A stretch of 64,000 nucleotides of DNA from Escherichia phage Delraymugoa. This document shows, piece after piece, positions 56,416 to 63,791 of this stretch. Position numbers and translations under genes: made by a program. Numbering within the stretch: position 1 is the first letter of the stretch; every line of letters starts with the position of its first letter. The notes below the pieces were generated by a model. That model did not search any database. It was given only the letters and a program-made list of their open reading frames with translations, and was not told where the DNA came from. Location of the stretch: sequence record OR896825.1, one strand, 5' to 3'.

Positions 56416-56712
56416 TCATATCTCAGAGAATAGAATCTCTGTTAGCTTCACTGACTGCTCTCTGAATGTTAGCGTATACTCGAAAGGAAAGTCAACACCC
56501 AACTTCAAAAGAGAATAGCCTACCGCCTCTTTATGCTTATCGGTTAGGGCGATCCTAACCAATTCCCGTTGAATCTCTTTAGGCGGTGAATGGATAGTAA
56601 CACGGGTATCATGTAATGTCCAGTCACCATTTCGAATTAAGATTAACGGTTTATCATCATTGAAGATCACCGACCCCTTTCCGGTCGGTGAATGTTTTAT
56701 ATTAATCATCAA
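56416..56712 (-). CDS. hypothetical protein (98 aa)
   Basis: ORF in array. Confidence 0.45.
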   Translation of the reverse strand: MMINIKHSPTGKGSVIFNDDKPLILIRNGDWTLHDTRVTIHSPPKEIQRELVRIALTDKHKEAVGYSLLKLGVDFPFEYTLTFREQSVKLTEILFSEI

Positions 56713-56923
56713 ATTCTAAGAAATATTCTGGAACGATATAACCGTTAAAGTCATTGCACTTATAAAAATGTGGTGCATTTAATGCTGGATGGGCATTAGT
56801 AAAGAGTTTACCCTCTAGAAACAGAATGTAATTAATCGGTCTAATACCGACAGAATCAGGGTCTAAACCTTTTTCTTTCAGTTCAGCCAGCGTTAAAACT
56901 CGTCCAGATCTTAACTTAGCCAT
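56702..56923 (-). CDS. hypothetical protein (73 aa)
   Basis: ORF in array. Confidence 0.4.
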   Translation of the reverse strand: MAKLRSGRVLTLAELKEKGLDPDSVGIRPINYILFLEGKLFTNAHPALNAPHFYKCNDFNGYIVPEYFLEFDD

Positions 56924-57209
56924 GATTTACCCCCAATTCATCAAGATTATGTCGCAGCATTTCAGAGTATTTTTCTACTTCCTTAATCTTAGTGTGGATC
57001 TCCACGATCTCATCCACACTATCAGAAATTTTAATGGCATTCGCGAGCGTGCTTTTACCCGCTTTCACAGTCTCTTTCATTTCAACCAACATGTCCGCGT
57101 GTTTCAATAGTAATTCTTCACGTCGAACATAAGCGGCGGTCAAAGCCTCATCAGCGATTTCTAAAGCATTTTCAGCGACACCAACAACCATTTTACGAGT
57201 AGACAGCAT
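56916..57209 (-). CDS. hypothetical protein (97 aa)
   Basis: ORF in array. Confidence 0.45.
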   Translation of the reverse strand: MLSTRKMVVGVAENALEIADEALTAAYVRREELLLKHADMLVEMKETVKAGKSTLANAIKISDSVDEIVEIHTKIKEVEKYSEMLRHNLDELGVNHG

Positions 57210-57223
57210 AAATTCACCTCACA

Positions 57224-57532
57224 TTATTTCACGTTAACGCCGTCATCAATCCAGCCGACGCTATTTGGTTTAACAGTTTTACCATAGGATGCATACTTAA
57301 TCAAGCATGGTTTAACATCATTATCAAATCTTCCTAAACGTACTCCCAAATCAGGAATATCCATGTATGCGGCTTTATATCCCCATGTGCCATATTCAGA
57401 ATCAATCTCAACCGGACGGCCTTTAAAAGCATACACTACACCGTGACGGTCAACGATAACATAGCGATAGCCAGCCGGAAGATACACAGTTTCGCCGTAA
57501 ACTTTAACTGGAGTAGCAGAAGAGATAAACAT
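57224..57532 (-). CDS. hypothetical protein (102 aa)
   Basis: Start moved to ATG (MFISSATP) with GAGGA Shine-Dalgarno downstream of promoter. Confidence 0.45.
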   Translation of the reverse strand: MFISSATPVKVYGETVYLPAGYRYVIVDRHGVVYAFKGRPVEIDSEYGTWGYKAAYMDIPDLGVRLGRFDNDVKPCLIKYASYGKTVKPNSVGWIDDGVNVK

Positions 57533-57566
57533 AATATAATCCTCACATCGTTCATTTGATGCGGTC

Positions 57567-57595
57567 ATTATATGATAACCGCATTTTCATGTCAA
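57567..57595 (-). promoter_or_regulatory. sigma70-type early promoter
   Basis: TTGACA-N17-TATAAT; GCGGT..ACCGC inverted repeat across the -10. Confidence 0.55.
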
Positions 57596-57601
57596 CAGTT
57601 T

Positions 57602-57910
57602 TTAAAAATCTTCTTCCGGTTTATATCGACCGTCATCGACTGGTTTTGGACTGAATCCTTTATGCGTGCGCGGCTTCGCTTCCGGTTTACCAGCAATCAT
57701 CAAACCAAAACATTTCAGCCCCTTATAACACATAACAATATCAACCACGGTCCACGTTATAGGCCAGACGATTGCAGCAATACAAAATGCTCCTGTATCG
57801 ACCTCTTTGGTGTCCTTGTCGAATCTGGCATACAAGCAGAATACTAGATACGAGATCATTGCACCAGTAATCCAGATATAAAGCACATTAACAATATCTT
57901 GTGTTGTCAC
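57602..57910 (-). CDS. membrane protein (about 102 aa)
   Basis: GTG start 5 nt after GGAGG; two transmembrane helices. Confidence 0.45.
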   Translation of the reverse strand: MTTQDIVNVLYIWITGAMISYLVFCLYARFDKDTKEVDTGAFCIAAIVWPITWTVVDIVMCYKGLKCFGLMIAGKPEAKPRTHKGFSPKPVDDGRYKPEEDF

Positions 57911-57920
57911 ATTATCCTCC

Positions 57921-58199
57921 TTACATGTCTTGCAGTGCATAAAAGCATTTTTCTTCGTAGTCATAGAAAATGTCAAAGTATGCTTTTTCTACATACTCAC
58001 CATTAATCCAAGCGGCAGTAACAATCAGAGTGGTCCAGTTAGATCCGCTCTCAACGGTAAAGGTTTTAATACCCAGCTTCGCTGCCAAGTCGAACGCAAA
58101 CCGGACGCAACCACGGCAGGAAGTGATATTGGAAGTTTTGATTTTAAAGCCACCGCGAGTTTTAGAAATTTCTACTTTAGCGAAAGACAGGTTGCTCAT
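57921..58199 (-). CDS. hypothetical protein (92 aa)
   Basis: Start at ATG (MSNLSFAK) with AAGGAGAATCAA leader downstream of promoter. Confidence 0.45.
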   Translation of the reverse strand: MSNLSFAKVEISKTRGGFKIKTSNITSCRGCVRFAFDLAAKLGIKTFTVESGSNWTTLIVTAAWINGEYVEKAYFDIFYDYEEKCFYALQDM

Positions 58200-58241
58200 T
58201 TTGATTCTCCTTAAGAAAGTGTGTTTCGTTTTGATGTGTGT

Positions 58242-58270
58242 AGTATAGGGGATCACCGATCCCCTGTCAA
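58242..58270 (-). promoter_or_regulatory. sigma70-type early promoter with GATC-containing palindromic spacer
   Basis: TTGACA-N17-TATACT; spacer GGGGATC-ACC-GATCCCC. Confidence 0.55.
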
Positions 58271-58279
58271 CAACTTTTT

Positions 58280-58543
58280 TTATGATTTTAGTGAATTAAC
58301 TACTACATCAAAATGATGTACAGAGTACACCTTATTAAACACATACTCATCGTGTTTAGGAATAGCCCCTAATCGCTCTATTTCGCTCGCTAACACGATA
58401 AACTGTTTATCCGGTGCATTTACCTTATATGCTTCAACAACGCACGGAAAACGCGTTTTAGCGAGTTCGGGATAGTTTTCTGACTCCATCAGGACAATGA
58501 ATACTCTGTTACATTGATTGTAGAATCCTGTTTTTGATTTCAT
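58280..58543 (-). CDS. hypothetical protein (about 87 aa; start uncertain)
   Basis: ORF overlapping the upstream gene; start placed at internal ATG. Confidence 0.35.
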   Translation of the reverse strand: MKSKTGFYNQCNRVFIVLMESENYPELAKTRFPCVVEAYKVNAPDKQFIVLASEIERLGAIPKHDEYVFNKVYSVHHFDVVVNSLKS

Positions 58544-58850
58544 CAAGTTTTCTTCTATGTTCAAGTCGCGCAATCTTCTTTTCATGATTTCGTTGGTTCT
58601 TGTCTTCACAGTTTACCCACTCAACAAGATCTTTACCTAACTCGAAAGCCCATTCTCGGTCCTGCTTTACGTTTTGTAGGTATGGACTTTCTGACACTCT
58701 ACGAAGTGATGTTGTCGTAACAAGAATGATCTCAGGAATGGTCGGATGTTCTTTTCCATATACAATAGGACGCGAGTCACTATCAATACCTTGTAAGAAG
58801 GTGTATCCTGAATCACTTAGAATCATATACTTTTTCATTTCACACATCAC
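58509..58850 (-). CDS. hypothetical protein (113 aa)
   Basis: ORF in array. Confidence 0.4.
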   Translation of the reverse strand: MMCEMKKYMILSDSGYTFLQGIDSDSRPIVYGKEHPTIPEIILVTTTSLRRVSESPYLQNVKQDREWAFELGKDLVEWVNCEDKNQRNHEKKIARLEHRRKLDEIKNRILQSM

Positions 58851-59104
58851 AGTTTCCTCAACCAGTTATTCAAGCGAGTAAACCATGATGCTTTTCGTGC
58901 TTCTTTTACTTTATGTGCACGTAAACCACTGAAACACCATTCATAATCATCACTGAAACATGATTCAACAGGAACACCCGCATTTCGTAGTTCTCTGGTC
59001 TTTATCATGAATCCTTGACATAAGGGGCGACCTTCAACAATGATAGGAAGTTTAACTTTTTCCATGAAAGTATACCCAGCACGGTCAATAATTTCAATTT
59101 TCAT
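58847..59104 (-). CDS. hypothetical protein (85 aa)
   Basis: ORF in array. Confidence 0.4.
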   Translation of the reverse strand: MKIEIIDRAGYTFMEKVKLPIIVEGRPLCQGFMIKTRELRNAGVPVESCFSDDYEWCFSGLRAHKVKEARKASWFTRLNNWLRKL

Positions 59105-59349
59105 TTTACATTATCTCCATAGATCTTTCCATCAATATCAATTTCACCAGCGCGAACATCTAGGATAAGATGCGGTAGGTGTATGCAGTTTTCCCACCCT
59201 ACTCGCTTCATTTCTGAAACAGTGACGTAAGCCCACCCGTTCGCTGTAATAAAGTCTACTTCAACCTTGAGAGGAAAGCAAGACTTTTCTATGTCTTCGA
59301 ATCCGATAATGTGTTTTGTCGTTGAATATGGAATATATCCGATGATCAT
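59101..59349 (-). CDS. hypothetical protein (82 aa)
   Basis: ORF in array. Confidence 0.4.
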   Translation of the reverse strand: MIIGYIPYSTTKHIIGFEDIEKSCFPLKVEVDFITANGWAYVTVSEMKRVGWENCIHLPHLILDVRAGEIDIDGKIYGDNVK

Positions 59350-59780
59350 TTTGTGATCTCCTTATACTCAACACACCATAAGCGGGTAGCCCATGATAAA
59401 CGCTCATAACGCTGGCAGAAATCGGACCATAGATATTGTGTACCGTCTTGCATGGTTGAAATATGCGTTTTCTCACCTACTTTCACGAAAGAAGTATTCG
59501 ATTTTGTGATCTCGACCGGAGTATATCCGAAAGCGGGTTCCAAGTCAACATCTGAACTAAATGCCAATTTAACAGAATTTGTTTTTCTGACCGCTGTCCG
59601 GTTTCCTTCTGGGTACAGCACAGCAGGTTTAGCGCCTAAGCGGATAAACTCAGTATTTTTAATGAACAGAATATCATGATAACCGTCATATTCCGACACT
59701 TCCATAGTAACAGGAAAATCGACATGTGCTAAACCTGGTAGATCTCGCATATCATGAAAGGTCGCCATCAACTTTTTCAT
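59346..59780 (-). CDS. hypothetical protein (144 aa)
   Basis: Start moved to ATG (MKKLMATF) with GAGGA Shine-Dalgarno. Confidence 0.45.
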   Translation of the reverse strand: MKKLMATFHDMRDLPGLAHVDFPVTMEVSEYDGYHDILFIKNTEFIRLGAKPAVLYPEGNRTAVRKTNSVKLAFSSDVDLEPAFGYTPVEITKSNTSFVKVGEKTHISTMQDGTQYLWSDFCQRYERLSWATRLWCVEYKEITK

Positions 59781-59790
59781 TCTATATTCC

Positions 59791-59988
59791 TCACTCTTCT
59801 GTTTCATTTCTTTTATATGGTACTATAACAGGATTAATACAGCAAGCACCAATTACGTTATGAGCACCACAATTTAAACATTTATAGTCATGGAACTTAT
59901 TAAGGAATCGACCAAACTCATAACCGACTAGCGCCGCATGTACTTGAGTCTCGATCTCATCCATATCAGCCAATGTTTTAACCTTCAT
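59791..59988 (-). CDS. small zinc-ribbon-like protein (65 aa)
   Basis: CLNCGAHNVIGACC segment; GAGGA Shine-Dalgarno. Confidence 0.4.
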   Translation of the reverse strand: MKVKTLADMDEIETQVHAALVGYEFGRFLNKFHDYKCLNCGAHNVIGACCINPVIVPYKRNETEE

Positions 59989-59998
59989 AATATAATCC

Positions 59999-60289
59999 TC
60001 AAATTGTAGTTTTGCGAAGATGGTTATTACATGCTTTTAATGCATCATTCGCGGTGTCATAGCGAGTATTATCATAGCACCAATAACCATCTGTCAACCG
60101 ATAAATTAATCCATCCTTTTTAGCTTCAATGAAAGACAATTCTTTGAAAGTTTCTACTTTCTTTGCTGATACTCCACGGTCACGGCGCTTATAGAGTTTA
60201 GCCAAAATGCGTTCAGCTTGTTCCTCTTTATCACCAGACAGATCCCAGATGATGTTTCGGATATGCTTGATTAATTGTTCAGTGGTCAT
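59999..60289 (-). CDS. hypothetical protein (96 aa)
   Basis: ATG with AAGGAGAATCAAAG leader downstream of promoter. Confidence 0.45.
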   Translation of the reverse strand: MTTEQLIKHIRNIIWDLSGDKEEQAERILAKLYKRRDRGVSAKKVETFKELSFIEAKKDGLIYRLTDGYWCYDNTRYDTANDALKACNNHLRKTTI

Positions 60290-60318
60290 CTTTGATTCTC
60301 CTTAGTTGGTATGCGTGC

Positions 60319-60346
60319 ATTATAGCATTGTGATTATCTTTGTCAA
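60319..60346 (-). promoter_or_regulatory. sigma70-type early promoter
   Basis: TTGACA-N16-TATAAT immediately after terminator. Confidence 0.55.
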
Positions 60347-60350
60347 CACA

Positions 60351-60383
60351 CAAAAACAAAAAAGGCTACCCCGAAGGATAGCC
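60351..60383 (-). terminator. rho-independent terminator after gp38-like gene
   Basis: GGCUAUCC-UUCG-GGGUAGCC with UUCG tetraloop, followed by UUUUUUGUUUUUG. Confidence 0.65.
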
Positions 60384-60390
60384 CATAAAA

Positions 60391-61176
60391 TTACACGCGA
60401 GCACCGTAGATCGTGCCTACTTTATCCCAGCGAGGGGCATTACCAGTAACAGCTTTACCCGCAGCACCACCCGAGTGAACAGTTCCACCAGTACCACCTT
60501 TAATATATGAAGATTTGCCAGCAGCTCCCAAATCTCCACCATCTCCTCCATAATGAACCCCAGAAACAGTGCCTTTACCTGGGGCAGAAATTGTACCAGC
60601 AGATGCTGCCGCTGCGCCGCCTCCTGCCGCACCCGCAGCACCAAATGGACGGCCTCCACCGCCGCCAAATTTCATATCCATTTGAGGGAAAGGATTGTAT
60701 CTAGCACCAGCACCGCCACCACCGCCACCACCAATAATACCATTATTGTTTATTCTTAAACGAGTTCCAATTCCGTTATTTATTGCATTTCCTCCTGCTC
60801 CACCAGCAGAGTTACTTCCGCCATTTCCTCCACGACCTAATACATGAACACCAGAGTTAATAATGAGTGTTACATATTCGTTTGTCAGTGAGCTAGGGAA
60901 ATCAAGACAAGGAACGCCAGTAGATTGGGAAACAATATTACCCGTGATAGTAATTACTACCGGAGTAGATCCTTGTGCTTTCATCCAGTTAATAAGAGTG
61001 TCTTTATTGTAAGAGTTACTAGCACCAATGCTATAATGAATCTCTTTAGAGCGTCCGACCATTGCCGACATATACGCCGGACGACCTAAGCGAACAGCTT
61101 GCATTGCGGCGCTCATCCACCGTTGACCAGTCTCGGACACAGCAGATGATCCTACCCATCCAGAAGATATTGCCAT
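60391..61176 (-). CDS. 38: glycine-rich gp38-like receptor-recognition adhesin (T2/T6 type), 261 aa
   Basis: N-terminus GWVGSSAV.ETGQRWMS and polyglycine motifs (GRGGNGG, GGGGGGG, GGGGRPFG) separating short variable segments, as recalled for T2/T6 gp38; GAGGAAA Shine-Dalgarno. Confidence 0.6.
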   Translation of the reverse strand: MAISSGWVGSSAVSETGQRWMSAAMQAVRLGRPAYMSAMVGRSKEIHYSIGASNSYNKDTLINWMKAQGSTPVVITITGNIVSQSTGVPCLDFPSSLTNEYVTLIINSGVHVLGRGGNGGSNSAGGAGGNAINNGIGTRLRINNNGIIGGGGGGGAGARYNPFPQMDMKFGGGGGRPFGAAGAAGGGAAAASAGTISAPGKGTVSGVHYGGDGGDLGAAGKSSYIKGGTGGTVHSGGAAGKAVTGNAPRWDKVGTIYGARV

Positions 61177-61190
61177 AAAATTTCCTCACA

Positions 61191-61212
61191 AGAAAAGCCC
61201 CAATTAAGGGGC
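61191..61212 (-). promoter_or_regulatory. hairpin (weak terminator or attenuator) upstream of gp38-like gene
   Basis: GCCCC-UUAAUU-GGGGC followed by UUUUCUUG. Confidence 0.35.
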
Positions 61213-61230
61213 ATTGATTGATAATATTAC

Positions 61231-61452
61231 TTAGATGACCTCTGCTTCACCATTCAGGAAGAAAGACCATGTTTTGTTAGGATAGCGAAGCGCCCATGAT
61301 TCAGCGGTTTTAACACCAGCTTCGAACAATTGACGGCTGGTTACTTTAGCCATACCATCTTCGATGGCAACGTTTTCAATAATCATCGGGTACTTAGCGC
61401 CACGCATGAAACCGAAGCCAGCGGAAGATTTGATAATTTTAACCGTTGCCAT
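61231..61452 (-). CDS. hypothetical protein (73 aa) co-transcribed with gp38-like gene
   Basis: ATG with GGAGAATCAAAA leader downstream of promoter. Confidence 0.45.
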   Translation of the reverse strand: MATVKIIKSSAGFGFMRGAKYPMIIENVAIEDGMAKVTSRQLFEAGVKTAESWALRYPNKTWSFFLNGEAEVI

Positions 61453-61493
61453 TTTTGATTCTCCTAGAAAGTGTATCTCGTTTCGATGTGTGT

Positions 61494-61522
61494 ATTATGC
61501 AATAACACCGGATCGCTGTCAA
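61494..61522 (-). promoter_or_regulatory. sigma70-type early promoter
   Basis: TTGACA-N17-CATAAT with conserved leader. Confidence 0.55.
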
Positions 61523-61541
61523 CACTTTCTAAGAAAAATTT

Positions 61542-61826
61542 TTAAACTAATCGAATATAGCCCAGAATTTCAGCACCTTTAGCCAGTCCTAAAACTTCCC
61601 ATTCAAGGTCTCCATAGTCATAATTTGCAACCATCAACTGACCATTTTTCATGCAGCAATCATGAGAGAAAATTTGCCCCGCATAAACTACGATAGTGAT
61701 AAACTTTCCTGATTCTGGCGGTGTGGAAGACAAAGCGACCATATGACCATTCAGCTTAGTCACCAGTGATGGAACAATAAAATTCGGGCTTACCTTAATA
61801 CCGTTAAATTCGTTTGTGTCTTTCAT
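61542..61826 (-). CDS. hypothetical protein (94 aa)
   Basis: ORF in array. Confidence 0.45.
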   Translation of the reverse strand: MKDTNEFNGIKVSPNFIVPSLVTKLNGHMVALSSTPPESGKFITIVVYAGQIFSHDCCMKNGQLMVANYDYGDLEWEVLGLAKGAEILGYIRLV

Positions 61827-62173
61827 GCCAGACCTCGCAAAACACTAATAGCATAATCATGCTGGTTATTCATAATATCAATTGCATTGTGATAACGAGC
61901 TAAACCATCAAGGATAAATTCTTGTTTATCTTGTTTCAGTTTGGTATCACGCGCAGCCATAAGAGCATCAAGAACAGGTCCAAAGTGATTATCTAATTCA
62001 TCTTCGGTTGCAATGTTTCCTATTGCCTCGTCGATCCGTGATTCTAATGCTTGCTTTTCGTTGATCACTTGCTGGGTATATTCCAACACATCAAGAATAT
62101 CGCGGGTAACATCGCCATGATAAGGTATTCCCGCATGAAGATGATCAATTAGTCGTTGAATGTCAATGTTCAT
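61823..62173 (-). CDS. hypothetical protein (116 aa)
   Basis: ORF in array. Confidence 0.45.
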   Translation of the reverse strand: MNIDIQRLIDHLHAGIPYHGDVTRDILDVLEYTQQVINEKQALESRIDEAIGNIATEDELDNHFGPVLDALMAARDTKLKQDKQEFILDGLARYHNAIDIMNNQHDYAISVLRGLA

Positions 62174-62508
62174 TTGTAACCCTCCTCTGAAAGCACATCC
62201 CAGATCGTTGAGTCAAGGTGCATTAAATTCCACATAATAGAGTCATAACTACCGAAGCCAGAAGTAAAAATTACATCACACTGGCGATAGGTCTTATGAA
62301 AATCGGTGGCTGTCTCTGCATCAATAGGCATATCGTCACCGGAAAGCACCAGACATTTAAGAATCATAACTCTGTTAGCCGTTGGCGCTTGCTTAGTCTT
62401 TTCAGCATATTTTTCGATGATCCGTTTTGCCTTTTCTTCTTTGATACGTCCAGACCAAATCCGGTTTCGGTATTGATTCATAATAATTTCAATCACATCA
62501 TTTTGCAT
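62170..62508 (-). CDS. hypothetical protein (112 aa)
   Basis: ORF in array. Confidence 0.45.
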   Translation of the reverse strand: MQNDVIEIIMNQYRNRIWSGRIKEEKAKRIIEKYAEKTKQAPTANRVMILKCLVLSGDDMPIDAETATDFHKTYRQCDVIFTSGFGSYDSIMWNLMHLDSTIWDVLSEEGYK

Positions 62509-62707
62509 TCTTCACGGTCTCCATAATTGTTTTGTAAGCCAGTTTAAGATGATCACCGAAAAACTTTGCGGTGTTACCCTTCGGATCGCGGAGCATGGTT
62601 TCTACGATCTCATCGGCAGTAACAATTTCTCCTTTCTTTGCTGCATGTTCTACCATATACTTCAAAGTTTCTTCGGAAGCAAGTGCTGCCGCTACTGGAT
62701 TAATCAT
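62498..62707 (-). CDS. hypothetical protein (69 aa)
   Basis: ATG with GGAGAATCAAAA leader downstream of promoter. Confidence 0.4.
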   Translation of the reverse strand: MINPVAAALASEETLKYMVEHAAKKGEIVTADEIVETMLRDPKGNTAKFFGDHLKLAYKTIMETVKNAK

Positions 62708-62737
62708 TTTTGATTCTCCTTTGTTGTCGATGTGTGC

Positions 62738-62766
62738 ATTATGCTATACCCTATTCCGGTTGTCAA
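62738..62766 (-). promoter_or_regulatory. sigma70-type early promoter
   Basis: TTGACA-N17-CATAAT. Confidence 0.55.
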
Positions 62767-62771
62767 CACCT

Positions 62772-62810
62772 AAAAACGAAAAAGCCACCCTTTCGGATGG
62801 CTTTTGATTA
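62772..62810. terminator. bidirectional rho-independent terminator
   Basis: GCCACCC-TTTC-GGATGGC hairpin with T-runs on both sides; same family as the 49727-49760 element. Confidence 0.55.
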
Positions 62811-63035
62811 TATTTTATTCACGTCCATTTGTATAGTAGTGTTTGAATCGACCTTTGCTAAACTAGTTAAACATAGTAACCAATTCACCATCCCTTTCCA
62901 ATGATAACCCTTCCTCGTCTTAGACGGGTCTTCCGATTCGGCAGTAATTGAACACGCGAAAGTATGAGGAAGCCAAATAGTTGTGTTAATGCTAGTATTC
63001 TTTTACTTCTGGTATGCATCCCACGGTGACTAACA

Positions 63036-63434
63036 TTAAGACAGTCGAGTGAGTTTATAAATTGTTTTAAAACATAGAGCTTTGATATCGTCTAAAACGC
63101 TCTGTAACGAGCTATCAACATCATTATAAATCTCACTAGCCATTTGCGTTAACTCTTGCAAATAGGCAATTTCGCTAATCTCCTTGCGGACGACCAACGT
63201 TGGCTGATAACGACCAGTGATCCCAATATTGGTTTCAGTGAAATCATCAACCAATTCTTGCATTTCAAGATAGAACTCTTCTAGAGCCTTATGTTTTGCA
63301 TAAGATCCAGGACCAGTTACCCCAAAATGCGCAGAATGCATATAAGTAACACTCATCAGACATTCACCGATAAAGCGGTCAACTTTATTAGCTTTCCCCT
63401 CTTCGGACGTCTTTCGAAAATCACTGAATTTCAT
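63036..63434 (-). CDS. hypothetical protein (132 aa)
   Basis: Start moved to ATG (MKFSDFRK) with GGAGAA Shine-Dalgarno; lies downstream of rI. Confidence 0.45.
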   Translation of the reverse strand: MKFSDFRKTSEEGKANKVDRFIGECLMSVTYMHSAHFGVTGPGSYAKHKALEEFYLEMQELVDDFTETNIGITGRYQPTLVVRKEISEIAYLQELTQMASEIYNDVDSSLQSVLDDIKALCFKTIYKLTRLS

Positions 63435-63723
63435 GTTCTCGATTCTCCATATTATGCAACATAACAAACTGTTGTGCGGCATATTCCCCCATAATAAAAC
63501 ACTGCTTAGAATCCATACATTTACTACGAGCATACATCTTCATAATATGGGCATGAAATTTCTGGCTGGTTTCAATGGAAGGAGATATTTTGTTTACATA
63601 TACTATCATTGCACCGTCGAAATAATCAGTAAAGTCACCAGTTGGATCATATTGATCAGCACTGACACTTCCGACCGCAGTCAAGCATATTGCCGCTGTT
63701 AGAGTTTTACGAATAAATGACAT
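63421..63723 (-). CDS. rI: lysis inhibition regulator rI-like secreted protein (100 aa)
   Basis: Signal peptide or anchor MSFIRKTLTAAICLTAVGSVSA; about 100 aa; adjacent to tk as in T4; late promoter upstream. Confidence 0.6.
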   Translation of the reverse strand: MSFIRKTLTAAICLTAVGSVSADQYDPTGDFTDYFDGAMIVYVNKISPSIETSQKFHAHIMKMYARSKCMDSKQCFIMGEYAAQQFVMLHNMENREHEIQ

Positions 63724-63732
63724 AAGTCATTC

Positions 63733-63772
63733 CCCCAGATTAAAAATATTCAGTTATATTTATAATCTGGGG
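63733..63772 (-). promoter_or_regulatory. 10-bp perfect inverted repeat that sequesters the rI Shine-Dalgarno in read-through transcripts
   Basis: CCCCAGATTA (63733-63742) pairs with TAATCTGGGG (63763-63772); the Shine-Dalgarno GGGGGA lies in the 3' arm. Confidence 0.55.
63757..63764 (-). promoter_or_regulatory. T4-type late promoter TATAAATA for rI
   Basis: Exact TATAAATA on minus strand about 35 nt upstream of rI ATG, inside the inverted repeat. Confidence 0.6.
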
Positions 63773-63791
63773 CTTTATTTATGATTAACTC

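Noticed and set aside
60417-60759. Several overlapping ORFs on both strands (Leu/Val-rich or Ala/Arg-rich) inside the glycine-rich gene
   Set aside because: Alternative-frame artefacts of the GGN-rich repetitive coding sequence of the gp38-like gene
62885-63019. 44-codon ATG ORF on the minus strand inside the noncoding region
   Set aside because: No Shine-Dalgarno at appropriate spacing; basic low-complexity product; likely chance ORF
62803-63035. Possible tRNA gene in the ORF-free region (GTTTGAATCG resembles a T-loop)
   Set aside because: No cloverleaf can be drawn: the invariant C56 position is T, and no acceptor or anticodon stems flank it; kept only as a candidate structured RNA
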